Assembly: GCA_002633005.1 (NCBI GenBank)
Contig: NMRA01000695.1
Span: 1 to 64,000, forward strand
Length of the DNA stretch: 64,000 nt
DNA from: Phoronis australis
Lineage: Eukaryota; Animalia; Phoronida
Direction of reading: 5' to 3'
A program made the translations under genes and the position numbers. Of this stretch, positions 25,801 to 39,515 are shown one piece after another (position 1 is the stretch's first letter; each line of letters opens with the position of its first letter). Under the pieces are notes generated by a model that was not told where the DNA came from, did not search any database, and saw only the letters and a list, made by a program, of their open reading frames with translations.

Positions 25801-26059
25801 TATTATATTATGACAGTTGTTCTTTTGTTTATTAAGGCCATCTAGTGGTTAGCTGTGGATTTGGAACAAACATGGCGACTAAACATCTGACTAAAGCCAA
25901 GGCAGAGGAACAATTAGTTGAGTCTGGTAGTCAGGTAAATGATCAGTTTGTAACAGTCAGAAAGAAGCCACCAGAGTGCCCTCCAGACTGCCCTCGGGTG
26001 CAACCTAGTTACCAGCCAGCTACTGTTAACCCAACTGTCCTATTCAACAGCCGCAGGTA

Positions 26060-26266
26060 AGGTAAATGACCTTTCATGGAGATCCATTACGGTATTGGCC
26101 ATTTGTAGGACTGTTTGACAGACAAGACCCAGCGTTGAAGTTGTCAAGCCTTCTCCAACATACTACGGGAAAGGTCAGAGCCATAATACAGTGCTGTGCT
26201 GTTATGAATCCTACTGTTGGTTATCTTAAAGCAAGGAAGGAGACTGTTAGAAGGTAGGTTTGGCGA
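26060..26266 (+). mobile_element. BEL/Pao gag (DUF1759-like) remnant
   Basis: FHGDPLRYWPF...D...KL..LLQHTTGKVRAIIQCCAVMNP..GY.KA, followed after a frameshift by RFG. Confidence 0.75.
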
Positions 26267-27053
26267 CGCGCCTATATTTTGTAATCACTTGACCTAGGAA
26301 CAAATTTCATTATCAATTTTAAGCCAGTGAAAACCGACTTGTATATTACAAAAAGTTTGACAGTGATGTTTTATCAATTTAGCACTATCTATTAAACGAA
26401 AGTCACGAGACAGTAAACAAGGAAAGCTCAGATGCATGCGCTTAAAGGTAAACTCCTAGACAAAGATTTTCCTTGAAACAGCAAATCTAAAGATGGGTCT
26501 ACCAGCAGAAAACTATAGTCTTGTTCCTGAATCTCGTGTATGTAAATGACACAATATAGGCAGTAAACTTTGCTTACAAGTGTTAACAGCACTCTATTTG
26601 AGTGTTTAAGTGAACTGGGCAAAAAAAATTAAAAATAAAGACTCCCAAGACTGTCAACCAATGAGTTCAAACAACCACATATTCTTGAAACTTGTCAAAT
26701 GAAAGAATCAGTTGTCATTTGGCGTACAAGTGCCCTGGGACACGGCAAATATCCAAATGCTTTTGGGATCTTTGTGTCTAACTACATTTCCTTGAGTGTG
26801 ATCAGACTGATCAGCAAGTTTGATTAGTGAAATTAAATACGACACTGACATTTGATAATTTATGCATGCTTCCGGGCTGCCGGACATGCACAAACATATG
26901 CATGTGTTGATTAGGCAATGGGTATTTCAACAGTTAAACATCAATGACAAACAGACGTTCTTCCTGGCGCCAATAAGATGTGGATGCACAAACATACGTG
27001 AACTTTATCATGCAATAGACTTTCTAACCTTGTAAACTGTCTGGTTTACCTTT

Positions 27054-27103
27054 CTACTGTTTGTCAGTGTGGCGACCTCTGGTGAGTGCATTTAGCAAAA
27101 TCC
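27054..27103 (-). CDS. MRM1: MRM1 last coding exon
   Basis: Acceptor ccttcattccag; G|[17 protein letters not shown]. Confidence 0.8.
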
Positions 27104-30100
27104 CTGGAATGAAGGAACATGAACCATGATTTTGCTCAACAGACACAGCCATATGTCAATCAAAGTTACTTTTTAAGATGGCTATGCAATGCGGTACCCG
27201 TTTCCAAACCTTACTACGCATCTGACCATTTTCGTTTGTATCCACTTTGCATTTATAGTGGCTGAGAAAAGAGGAAAATACTAAATTACAGGGTCCTGCA
27301 CTATGGGAATCGGTTTTCTCCATTGAATCAGTTTTCTCCACAAAATATGAAGCATCACACTGGTTCTCAAAATATGACATCAGTATAAATGGCTATAAGT
27401 GTCAAGAAAAACATCGCATCTGAAAGAAGTCAGTTGCGAAATTTACTTGATAGGACAACTGCCTTTGATATCAAAATTTCCCAACTTACCCGCTGCAACA
27501 GACACATTAAGCGAGTCAAAACCACATGTCAAGGTTTGTCTGGTGGGTATGGTGATGATGTGAGAGCAAACATCTCTGACACTTCCTCTCATTCCTTCCC
27601 CTTCATTACCTGAAAGAACAAAATGGTACTCAAAGGTAATGACATTACCAAGCTTGACACTCATTACAACACAATTTTCATTTATTCTCAACTTGCTTAA
27701 CAGCAAAAATATTTCGCGAACAATTTGTCCTGTCAGCACGCCATCTGCTTGGTCACATCACGTGACCTAATGAATAAGTCCGAAAAGATTTCTGCCCCCA
27801 ACCGGGACTCAAACCCAGGGACCCAGAACTGGCAACGCGGGGCAATGTGAGAAGGTGGAATTTCAACTGTTAGTGTTCAACGACTATGGCTACCAGGAAT
27901 AAATGCAGTCTCAAAACTCAAACTCCCAACTAGTGAATATTTTTGAAATCACAAGTTTCAACTCGAATTTAAAGGTGTTGACTCATATGTAAGTCTGGGT
28001 TTATTTACATAGAGATTACACTATTGTAGAGCAAAAAATGTCAAATTCAGGGAGAATTCGCATTTGTTTCAATTTTGGATTTCCAACCCAGCGACATAGG
28101 TCTTTGGTCTTCAAACCTCCCGTGATATCAGCCCAGTATTTTCAGCAAATTAAATCACGCCAACCAAAGTTGGCTTTCAGTTATTGATAGCAGAGAAGCA
28201 GATCTATGCGAAGAGTGTTATTCCCTCATAATTTGCCATTCCACTTACTTTTAAAATAGTTACAAAGCTGACACAAATAGGAAAATTGCCACAAGGGGGC
28301 ACATAGAACAATACTTGAATACATCCAAAATTCGCCTATTGAACACAACATGGCAGACAAGTGACTGAATTGAATTTTTGTTAAATTTTCCAACAAATAC
28401 AAAGCGGAACATTCTGGTGTAATATTAACAAGGAGCTTCCATGTCATGACACTACTTGGTTAGGTTTCTAGCTTTTATATTTGTGCAAAATAAGTGAAGA
28501 ATTTTTAGAAAGCTGTGCATTAGTTAACAGTCTGGAAGACATGTACAATTTCCAGCACAACCTTTTTATGAACTAGGCCATTGGGGAAAGGCAAAAATAA
28601 AACCACAACAAAAAGGCACAGCAGTCACTCGAAAATCGATGTCAGCCATACTCCCCTCACCAGAAACGTGTTAAATTTTATCACTGTAATCCTTCACCAA
28701 ACTTGATAGATTCTAAGGCTAGCTGTAAAAAATGCTACTCTGGTGCAGAGCGTATAATAATATTCCCATGTGTCATGCTCTCGCCAACAGGAACATATAT
28801 CTCAAATTCCACAATGCTCCTTGAAATCGTTTGGCAGACAGAGAGGCAAGCACTGATAAACATATTAACTAAACACTAAAACTGACACTAGGGGTCCACA
28901 ACACGACAGAACCATGCAAAATCTGTCAGGTGACATCCCCAGCTTCACTATAACATATCTGACAAGTTCCAGTGAGGGACAATGCAGATAAGCAATTAAT
29001 GTAAAAAAATAATAGAACTGCGTTTACGTGACACCACAGAACCTGAATTTCCCCAAAACTCATTTCCATCCATCATTAGTCATAAAAACACACTTGCAAA
29101 GATAGAGTAGCGCCCATACAAAAATGGGGTGGCAGTGAATCCCATCAAAATCCGTCATGCACGCGACTGTTTGAATCTCTGTTGAATACTGACCAAGAAT
29201 GAGTATGGTGTTTTTTTCCAACTGAAACTCATTGACATCTGTCACACACTGATACGGCACCTCTGAAGATGCATCTGTCGCTACTGTGCCAAGAATTTCC
29301 CACCCAGCAGTGCAAAAATGCTGAAACAACAAGCGTATCTCATTAGTTTTCTTGTGCAATGCACATAAGCAGGACAATGTCTCATCATCTAAAACAATTT
29401 TCCATTATCAATCAAGAGTTTAAACAGGTACCATACAAAAAGGAATGGCAAACCTTTTACAACACTATGGCGAACAGCTGATACAATGATAAACTACAAT
29501 GTAAACTTAAAACTCTCGATGTCACAATACAGCACAGCAAATAAGTGATGAGCAGTCGATGCCTCATCAACAAAATCACCGACATGTCAGCCAATCAGCG
29601 ATCGCTATCAGGATTTAGTGTTTAGACAATAAATATGAATCGGCGCAACTTGGGCCAATGTATTCATTAAATTTGTATGTAAGAACTGGTCAACTGCTGC
29701 ATCATTTTTACAAGTCACCTTTTGAAGCACCCGTTCATCCGGCACTGCTCTTGGTTTGTGGTAGCAAGAGCGGCTTGTCATTGTAACTCAGGCCGTCCAG
29801 CGTTGTAGTGCCCCTTGGTTTGAATCTCTCACGGACTCGTGCTTATTGTGCGATTTGACCATGCGCGCAAAGCAATGTGAAAAGACACTATCAGCACATA
29901 ACACGCGGACAAAGGGTGCCACTCTAAAACATGAATCAAAACTTTTAAAAAATCAAGTTGCACATTGCTTTTAAGTTAATAAAGCTTGCATAGTGTATAG
30001 ACCTGCAAAAATGTGTGGATATCTCGTATCAAGTGAAGATTCAACACCTCCAAACTTCCAGCACTTGCTTTGCTCACAACAGGGGTTAGGGCACAGGACT

Positions 30101-33100
30101 GCTGAGTGCAGATGATCTTGTCAACACCGAGGAAGTATGCGGAACGTAGAACAGCACCAAAGTTCATGGGGTCCTGTTAAAATCAATCAGAAACAATGAT
30201 CAGTTATTTTACAATTTTCTAATTAATGTCATATGCCATTAAGAAAAACATTAATACGACTTGTATCAAAAGGGAATAGATAAGTTTGCAGCAGCATGAG
30301 GGTAAGCTGACCTCAAAGACTAGATCGATGCAAGTGACATTTAGTTTACTGTACCAGAACTTTCAATTACAACAAATTCCTGACTTTCTTGAAACCCATC
30401 TACAGCTTCATGGAAGTTATAGGAACAAGCCAAGGTGCATTCCGTAGAAAGAACTTGAACCATAAAAAATGACATAACGCAAGATCTTGCAAAATCTCCC
30501 GAGTGAAAAAGGGATGTTTCCTTGCTAGTATGTTCGGGACTAGTGTACCCCAACAAGATAGTGCGCAACTGTAGTGACAGGTCTGTGACATTTGAAAGAT
30601 AACTCAGGGAGTAGAATTCATGGTTTCCGTTCCAAAATCAAAGTGTTCTCACCGGAAGTACTACATAATGCATTGGACGTACGGATTGCACAGCCTACTA
30701 TCATTCGTTCAAAAGCTGGTAAATAGATTATTGCTTTGATTTGAAATTTGACAGTTTTTATGACAGATTACTGAGATTTTAGCTTTTCTTGATTAGAAAC
30801 TAAGTAACACATTGAAACAACAAAAAAGTTATTCTTAATGTAAATTTCGTTCACAATACCTGGATTTTATCTAATAATAGCCACACCTGAGGACCAGTAG
30901 ATAAATTGGAGATCTCACTAAAAATAAAACAGTTTTTAATGTACAACATACTCTCTCATCCATGTGCAACCCTTTCATGTGGTTCAAACTGACCATATTT
31001 TGAACTTTGTGTTTTCTAGTACGGACTCTTTCACAGACAGTTACTTCAACAAACATTTAAGCGAAGGATTTCAAATTTAAAACACTGTCATCGTTCACTA
31101 AGTGCTAATATTTTTTCTTTTCTTAATTTAGGCTAAGCCTACAACTAGTAAATAATATGAGCCCAAACGTTGTCAAAGAACAAGTTTTGAATGTGGCCAG
31201 TCACCACAAAAAATGATACAATGCTACCTAAAAATTCTAGACCGGAGTTTAGCAAATGAGACGGTAAAAATTCAACATTATACTCATTTTTTGTACATCG
31301 TAAATCAAAAAGAATAATGAACTTATCTCCAGGTAACAGATAATCCTCAAAGATGCACGCCCTTGTACAATACAAGGGATCTTGGAACCTTGACCAAATT
31401 TTCCCGTATGACAATTATTGTTAGAGAATGGAAGAACACAGTTTTGGGATTTTCGTTACCTGGATCAAAGATTATGGTTCATTGCGATGTAAATTACAAG
31501 ATAAAAATTGTGTTTTACCCATATTCTTTGCCAAACTATGGTCCTGCAGGTTTAAGTTCATAATTACAAAGAAGTGATTTCTGGGTTTGACAAGAAATAA
31601 CAATTCACCAATGTTGCAAGGTTTTCGTAAGTTGTTAACCAAAAACCACCAAGCCAAACCAACATGGAGATGTTTTATTGTGAATATCTCCAATGTAACA
31701 AACAACAACAATGCCATTATAACACTGCTCCAGAAACACAGGCCTAATGGTTGTAATGACATCAACAGTTGGTGCAGGCTACAGCTAACAAGAATCAGTT
31801 CATTTCATTACGGGGCAATTCAGTTTGAGCAAGTACGGTCAGACTCTTACATAGTCTTCAGTTTAGACCATCTGGTTGTCCCTTGTCTGCGCGCCAAACT
31901 CATTTTGAAACCAGTGCCTGACAATTTCAAGAAAGACAGGATCGCAACCAGTTCCAGCAGGCACCAGGTGACAACGGGAGGAAAAGCAAAAAGATACCGA
32001 CCAACTTCAGTCAGGCATCGGGCCACCTTATTTTTAATTGAACAACAACAAAAGTATCACAATGATGCATATATTACCCAAAAATGGACTACATTATACA
32101 ACAATAGACTGACTGATCCTGAGGGTGACACAGGGTACATGGACCAAGGGAAAAAATACTCCGGAAGGCTCTCTTGCAGCAAATACCATCTGATACACCC
32201 AAAGAATAGAGTCTATATGGGTTTTTAAACAGTCACTGGTGCTTATTTCTTGACTTCTTCTCTTATTAGATTAGATTGTTCTTACCTGCTTTGATGCACA
32301 GACATCACTTTCTCACTAGGTGGTCAGGGTTTATGGTTTCTACAGCATATGATTGGTCAGATTGCCAATACAGTAACGAGAAGTGACATTCAGGCGGCAT
32401 GATTCAATGGTAAGACTCTTCAATACTAAGGCATATTGCCAGTTACAGCACAGTGTTTCTGAGGACAAAAGTACCGTTGGTCATATAATAAAATACCATA
32501 ATGGGGTTTTAACTTGGTAAAAAGGGGGCAAAAATAGCCTAATATACAGCAACTTTCCAGAACTTACCATAGTTCCGGCAGCTCGTACTCTTGATAACCA
32601 AGCTTGCTGACAACCATACAAACTCCTTGATGAGGTCTATTATTAGACAAAATGTCTAACTCTCTTGCTGGTAACACATCACATGGAATTCCTTTACCAG
32701 TAATCAACTCAGAGATTTCACCAGAAGCCGCCCGATTTCCAAAAGCACCATCTTTGAGGAATATTTGGTCTATATCTCGCCTACCAGCCTTTAAAGCCAT
32801 CAACACAGGAAATGTTCCAAACAGAATTTCTGTCCCTTTCCTCAGCTTTGTTTTGAATGTGCGAGACCAAAGTTTTTGTCGTTTACCCAGACCAGGTAAA
32901 TTTGGTATGCCATGCTCCACTGAGACCACAGGGGCAGACTCTACCAGTTTGGATTCTTGAAACGTTTTGATTGATGCATTCTTTCGAACAAATGGTCTTT
33001 TTCTATCAACGTTTTGTAACCTAGGTGTTCCAGACAGCAGACGTCGATCTTTGTCACTGTCAAAATTCTTTACCTTGAACTTAAACTTGTGTTTGATTGG

Positions 33101-33502
33101 AAACACCGGTTTATTGATCACGTTACATTCAAACTTGTGTTTGCTTACAGAACCGCAATCCTGTTCCAAGTCTTCGGTACCCTTTCCATGGTTATTGCCG
33201 CTAGCAGACGATATACAACAAATGCTTAACGATAAATCCACACCAATGTCCCACCTATGACTCCACATTCTTTTAGAGCGAACAAGTCTCAAACCATACA
33301 TAATGGGCCTATGAACATGAAGAGCATAAGAATCATGTAGACACCTCAAAGGCACTTTTGTCCAGTTTCCTTGCCAAGTACAGACACTGCACGTGAAGTT
33401 CTCTTGAGTCTTGCGTCGGTGACGTATATAACAATGTTCTCTGAAAAAAGCAGCATAACCATTATATACCGCGAGCGAAAACCAGTGAAGGGAATTATAC
33501 AT
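27054..33502 (-). CDS. MRM1: Mitochondrial rRNA methyltransferase 1 (SpoU/TrmH family), six coding exons
   Basis: Phase-consistent GT-AG exons at 33502(acceptor 33543)-32568, 30917-30860, 30173-30003, 29320-29194, 27609-27490 and 27103-27054. Motifs [70 protein letters not shown]. Start Met uncertain (33502 or 33301). Confidence 0.92.
27490..27609 (-). CDS. MRM1: MRM1 exon (SPOUT knot motifs)
   Basis: [22 protein letters not shown]...DSLNVSVAA; tttcag acceptor, gtaagt donor. Confidence 0.92.
27735..27897 (-). mobile_element. Possible tRNA-derived SINE remnant in MRM1 intron
   Basis: Minus strand has A-box-like TGGTAGCCATAGTCG and B-box-like GGTTTGAGTCCCGG. Confidence 0.3.
29194..29320 (-). 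CDS. MRM1: MRM1 exon
   Basis: [12 protein letters not shown]...KNTILIL; 127 bp, phase 0 to 1. Confidence 0.9.
30003..30173 (-). CDS. MRM1: MRM1 exon
   Basis: [20 protein letters not shown]...[14 protein letters not shown]; 171 bp. Confidence 0.95.
30860..30917 (-). CDS. MRM1: MRM1 small exon
   Basis: 58 bp, [19 protein letters not shown]; restores phase between the flanking exons. Not in the ORF track. Confidence 0.88.
32568..33502 (-). CDS. MRM1: MRM1 large first coding exon
   Basis: Long N-terminal extension plus SpoU substrate-binding domain ([18 protein letters not shown]...RPHQGVCM); donor TG|gtaagt. Confidence 0.88.
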
Positions 33503-33825
33503 ACCTTCAAAATCAAGCAATCTCCAAACTGGAATTATATTACCTGGAAATATTAAAGAAAACAACAACGGTTTTAAGTCGACTTGACATGTTTCGGTGT
33601 CATTTATTCAAACACCATCATCAGAAGAGAGAATGCAGCGACCACCTAGCTAGGCCCAGCAACAAGTAATGAAGCACAGATACAGTCAGTTACATGGTTA
33701 CAGGGAGTGAAAATGAACTAGGCCAACAATGACAACCTGTGGTGTGCCAGTTGCCTATTGAGATTGGGCTTGCACCAACTGATGTGTAGAGCCTCAGGAA
33801 TTTTAAGCTCCTTTGTTGTTACTGC

Positions 33826-36682
33826 CTCCCATACCAAAAAAGGCTTCCTGCAAACACTTGCCGCAAGCTTGCAGCAAACATCTCTATAATGTCCTTATAT
33901 GGAACAGTTCCTGCAACCCAGCCGCACACATTGCTGCAGGCTTGCCGCAAACATCTTCATGGGGTTATATAGAAGTTTCTGCGAATCACCAGAAAAAAAT
34001 ATTGCTGCAAGACTACAACATACTTGCATTGTGGCATGAATAATTTAATGTAGAAATGCCAGCTGACAAATACATAATTTTTATTGCATGCCCGCTTGTT
34101 AAAGCCAGAAAATACACAATCAGCTGCACACTGGATTTAACATGATAATTTTCAATCTAATGTATAATGACTAGAAATGAAAACAAAATCACATGACAAT
34201 GAATAACAGAAACTATAAAAGTGTCTACAGTGGCAATTAGTAATAATACTTGAATTACAATCAAAATTGTATCTTGAGAGAACAACTTGAATGTATGTAA
34301 GCTTTAATTACAATATACTGAGGTGTTTTATTCTTAACGCACGACAAAATCTATAATAATTGCAACAATGATATTATTTACCTGACTAAACTAACAACAG
34401 AAACACAGAGCGTTGAAATGCAACCAACGGGGTGTTTATTAGCATTGAAAATGACGCAAAATATGTCAAATGCCAGTGGAGAAAACCATGAAATCTGACG
34501 TTCCCCCGTGGAAAGGCATTGTTAGAACAGCATGTTGAGCATATTTAAGCATTTTATTTTAAATTACCTCATTACTTGTCACTCTTAACAATTATAAACA
34601 TATTTATTTTTCCCATGTTCATCTACAATACTTGAAAACTGTCAAATACTTCATCGATTACTATTTTTGCTTCCCAATATGGTTTCATGATACATCAGTC
34701 TACTGAAAGGGCTATCATTAAACTTGTAGGCCTTTGTTGAAATTTGCAATATTTTGACTATAGCGATATCATCCAATAACATCATTCATTATCTAAGGCA
34801 TCAACCATAAATTATACCTTTCTATTCTACAATATTACCATGGTGTTGAAAAGAACAACTACAGAGGTTATATCCAGTTATTACCATACTAGTGGATGTT
34901 CTAAACACATTCTACTCCAGACTAATCTGCATTACAGCAATCGGAGGTGTTCCATAGGGTTCATATGGGATGATCGCTAGTGTTTTCATCCATGTTTGTT
35001 CGAACCAACCCTGAGATGCTGTGTACGCCATTTGTTCCGGTGTTTTCAATTCAAACTTGTTGCCTCGTAACCTCTGCAGTGTCTCTGGCTTTCATAAAGT
35101 ACATTATGTCACTCAATATTCAGTCTCAATTAAGTGATTATTTTGAAGGACTGGTTACATCTAGCTTGACAACGTTTTGGAAACTAGTTGATTCTGGTCT
35201 CAACCCCAAGTTAACTCATTTGAAATCTGTGTTGTACTTTTCCCTAACCATTATAACCTCCAATTTGGCTGAACCAGAAAGAAAACCAACTTCCTTTTGT
35301 TTGTAAGACCAAAACTACCGATTCATGAATGAAGTCTAAGTAATTTTACTTAACAATCACATCAATATAAATACAATTTTAAATTCAAAACTCACATCCA
35401 TACAGTGCTTCAGTTATCCATGTAGAGTCTAGGCTGTACCAAAACTGGTTTGAATTTGGTTCAAATGAAAGCTTATAGATCACTTCCCAGGCATGTAACC
35501 TTGACAACCACATGCTTTCCTTGATAACAGTCTCATCAACATGTGGCTGGGCTAACATAATTTAAATAAACAATCAACAGCCCTAGAGGCATTAAACATT
35601 AATGTATTTCAAGAGGCATTCAACATGTAGCTGGGCTAGTATGATTAAAGTGAACAATAACCCTAGAAGCATAAAACAATAATATAAGGACACTAGTGAA
35701 ATTAAATTATTTTTTCACAAATAATGTGGCAGTACCACAAGAATCCAGAGTCATATCCAAGTCCGTACCATAGCTGCTGACAGACAATATTTTGAAAAAT
35801 TGTGAGTCTTCACAACAATGCTAAATGTCCTTGAAAAATTAAAATGAGTAATTTTTGGCAATTATTTTTGTCCGAAATAGACAAAATTTTATTGTAGCTA
35901 CAGACTGGCAGCTACCACCTGATTATGAGATAATTTCAAATGTTGGAAAAGTACAAATTGCTCTAAATGCTAATACTTGCACATTTGGTAAAACTGGATC
36001 ATATATTTGTGTATGGTTTGTATTGATAATTTATTGTGCTTGTTTACACAACATGCAGAACACTGCCTTTGTTGTTTTAAAGCAATTGCGTTTAATATTT
36101 TGCTATACTGACTTTGACAGCAGTGGAAAATGAAAACTTGTTAAGTATAGTGACTGAATAAAAAACAGAGAACATACAGATGCAGTTATATTCTCTAGTG
36201 TTTTAGGTCGTATTTGGTCATCTTTGAGCATTTGCTGTTTTTAACAATGTAACTTACCCAACAATAGGTCACATTTAGGTAATTAATCTAAAATAAGTAA
36301 CTGCCCTGCTTAGGTTCTGGGATTTGAGGTTTCTTTGAAATTTAGAAAATAAGAAACACTTTCACAATTTCTAACGTTGTCAAAATATTATGCTAACACT
36401 TTAAACATTGAAGTTTCCTGCAACTTTCCCGCAAACACTTTTCAACAATAAAGTTTCCTGCAACTTTCCCGCAAACACTTTTTCAATCACCAAGTTTGCC
36501 GCAACATTCCTGCAAACTTCAGTGTTTGCAGCAAGGTTGCGGCAATGTGTGCGGCTGAGTTGCGGGTAGCGGCAAACTCCTGCAAACTTTGCGGCTGGTT
36601 TGCTGCAAACAAAATTGTTTGCCGCAAGCTTGAGGCATGTTTGCTGCAAGCTTGTGGCAAACATGGTCTTTTGTTATGAGAG
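33826..36682. mobile_element. EnSpm/CACTA-like non-autonomous element with TTGCNGCAA subterminal repeats
   Basis: Ends CTCCCATACCAAAA and rc CTCTCATAACAAAA; clusters of (T)TGCNGCAA at 33840-34020 and 36400-36665. Splits the host TIR exactly. Superfamily assignment is inference. Confidence 0.65.
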
Positions 36683-36763
36683 CTGGTCTATTATTGCAAA
36701 GTCATTGAAAGAGCACTGCTGGTAACAATGATTGGACCTTTGTAGGTGAATAATCTACATGTG

Positions 36764-38953
36764 CAGGGCTCGACGCTATTAAAATCGCCAGGTCGCATTT
36801 TGCGAATTAGCCAAAATCACAGGTCGCATTTTCAAAATCCAGCTCGCATTCATAAATGCCAGGTCGCAAAATTTTCCCGCCATTTTTACGCGCCAAAACA
36901 GATTTTTTAGATCATCGGGAAAATGTTTAGATTATGCTCTTACCTGCAGCGTTAAATACTCACAAATTTCGGATTTCAAAATTGACTTCATTCATGCAGG
37001 TACGGCCTTACTGTTCTTCACGACCGCCATTGAAAGTCTCTAGAGCGCAAGGCAAGTTGCCGGCGTGAAAGTTGAATCAGTGCTCTCTAACTGACTCGTG
37101 CATTCGAGTAGCTAAATTTGCGATGTGAAAAGGGAGAAAATGCCCGTTGAAAAAGTATCCGGGATTTTGTTAGATCTGGTCTTCTCACTGGCCGTCATCA
37201 AAGTCGTTAACGATTCAAACTAACTCGGATAATCGCGAGTTTGCTCTTCAATACCTTCCAAGTACGGGAAAAATAGGTCAGTCGCAAAACGACACGCATG
37301 TCACTAGTGTTAATTTTCTTTCCGAGGTATAAAACAAAGCCGGGATTTGGTTTTTACATGTTGTGAAAAGACGTTTTAGAAAACTGAAGTTGTGTAAAAT
37401 GAAAGTGACACACACCATATAAACTGCGTGTCAATTTTAAACCACACGCGGTCGTTTGTAGTGCGCAATGATGGGCGCTAGCTTGAACTGTGGGCGCTTA
37501 ATTGGAAATTCTCAAAATTTAAGGGAGGACTTTTAATAGATCAGTGAGCGCTTATTATGAAACACTTTAAAGGTAGGGAGTAGGCTTGTGCGTGAGCATA
37601 GTCGTTAACCTCAGTGTTTGCGGTAATAAGATATTAAAACGCTGCAATGGTAAGAAACATTATAATAATACGATTTTGCGAGGCAAACTCCATCTGGTAG
37701 GGGTGACTTTCTGGATATCGTTACCACCTACATTGTACCCTTTTTAGCCACCCGGAATGATTTTTTAACTGCCCGCTTCAGCCGGAACAAGGTTGTTTCT
37801 ATAGAAGTCTGAACATTTTACGGCGACGGTGGTTCGGGGAGCGAAAAGTTGCCGGGGGGGGGGGCGTATAAAGAGAAGAATGAAAAGTTCGCTAACTGGA
37901 ACCACAATTTCGCATCTAGTGCCAGTTTAGTTGCAATAACTGGCTACGGGCATAGAATACATGGTTTACAGAACATCGACCTCGGGAAACATCGGAACAG
38001 AATAACGTTAGTTCTGGGTTATATCGGTCCCGGGACATCGGGTCTTTTATAACCGCTGGGAATCTGAGTTCATTTTCAAATAAACCAGAGCCAAGCCGGT
38101 ATACTCTTTCATTTAGGACTGTCGCTGTTCTTTGAAGTGGTGCGCACGTGTGAGTTCAGGCACTTGAATCGCTGGAGTAGGCCTACACTTTACGTTGGCA
38201 ACAACGTGTGAAAGACGTATCATATTTCGCGCACGAAGCCCCAGAAACAAGTAAAGGGTTTGAAAATTTCTTGGCAACTGAAAGTAAAGACGTGACCGAT
38301 GTTTGGCGATTAATAAGGTTGTCCTTTTCATTTTGGCTGTCTTAATACGATAAAAAGGAGAAGGCACATCTCTGTCTAAGTCACGATTGTCTGCCGGGAC
38401 CGCTTGCGCGCTAACGGTACTGCAGTGCGATATTAGGGATATTGTCGTGGATATTTGGTACATGTAATAAGGACATCTTATGTAAAAATAAACATTTTTG
38501 TCCACCACAAAGTTTGGTAAGTTGATCGCTTAAGAATTAGTAGAAACACCGTTGTTTTGTGAAGTTTTATCACGTGTTAAGCAGTGGTCCGAAACTTTCT
38601 TCGGCGAATCCGGGAATTTACAAAAGTGGCCGAAAGTGTTAGCCAATGAAACGCGTCAAAGATCGATTCTGCATATCTCATGTTCACGCGACTTGCTTAC
38701 AAGTCATCAGGAGGGCTGTTCTCGGTTAGTGTTGTTTTGAACTTGGATTTGGCAACAACCAAATAACGGTCGGATTTACAAGAGCTGTTTTGTATTTGCC
38801 AGGTAACTGTTGAGAAGTGTAAAAACTCAGCTCGCATTCGTTGGAAATTCCAGGTCGCATTTTGCGACTTGATACGAGCTGACAAAAATCTCAGCTCGCA
38901 CTTCCAAATTTCAGGTCGCAAATGCGACCTGCAGCTCGTTATGTCGAGCCCTG
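36764..38953. mobile_element. Non-autonomous hAT-like element with 5-bp TSD
   Basis: TIR CAGGGCTCGAC / GTCGAGCCCTG, TSD ATGTG on both sides, repeated subterminal GGTCGCA motifs. Confidence 0.88.
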
Positions 38954-39373
38954 ATGTGAACTTCTGTCAGAATTTACTTGTTCCTTGGTCCTGGTTTTCA
39001 AATGGTAAACTGGAGCCACATCCAATCATTGTTATCAGCAGTGCTCTTTCAATGACTTTGCAATAATAGACCAGGCAGTAACAACAAAGGAGCCAGGTTT
39101 TCATGGATATGTTCAAGTTATTTGTAGACTAAATTGTGTCCAGAGTCAGGGTATATGCTAATTATAACTCCATTTGCACATATGCATGTTTCAACTGATT
39201 TTATTTGCTGTATTTTGAAATGAGTAACTTTTTATGAGGATATACTATCGCACTTGTATGCCTGCTGTGGCATTCAGGCCTAGACTTGGTCGTTCAGTCC
39301 GTTCATGGCTTCGCACAACATAACAAGTTCACATTTTCTTTGTCCATTCACAGTTATTCCACGATCCATTTAC

Positions 39374-39515
39374 CATCTCTTAAATCGTGTTTATGTTTTA
39401 AGCGTAAAATTCACCATAACAACTCCAGTAAGATTTCGCGTGTGTAGCAAAGACTCGGGGCACACCAAGAACAAAATGGCGGGTTTTGCCCTCTTCAAGG
39501 TGACGTCACATTGAC
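39374..39515 (-). promoter_or_regulatory. Candidate MRM1 promoter and non-coding first exon
   Basis: YY1-like AAAATGGCG, CRE palindrome TGACGTCA (~39501-39508) and a minus-strand donor ATG|gtaaat at 39373. Confidence 0.4.

Larger units (their letters stand above)
33807..39093. mobile_element. Small MITE (~73-bp TIR) expanded by two nested insertions
   Basis: 33807-33825 plus 36683-36736 together are the reverse complement of 39021-39093 (one mismatch seen). Confidence 0.85.

Noticed and set aside
27443-27489. MRM1 ending by read-through (..AAGKLGNF..)
   Set aside because: A strong gtaagt donor and the downstream GILL exon give the conserved C-terminus.
30341-30600. Possible extra MRM1 exon
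   Set aside because: The flanking exons already join in frame (IQ|DPMN) and the peptide has no SpoU similarity.
31587-32228. 213-aa plus-strand ORF inside an MRM1 intron
   Set aside because: Non-ATG start, no recognisable motif or splice structure. Possibly decayed repeat, but unsupported as a gene.
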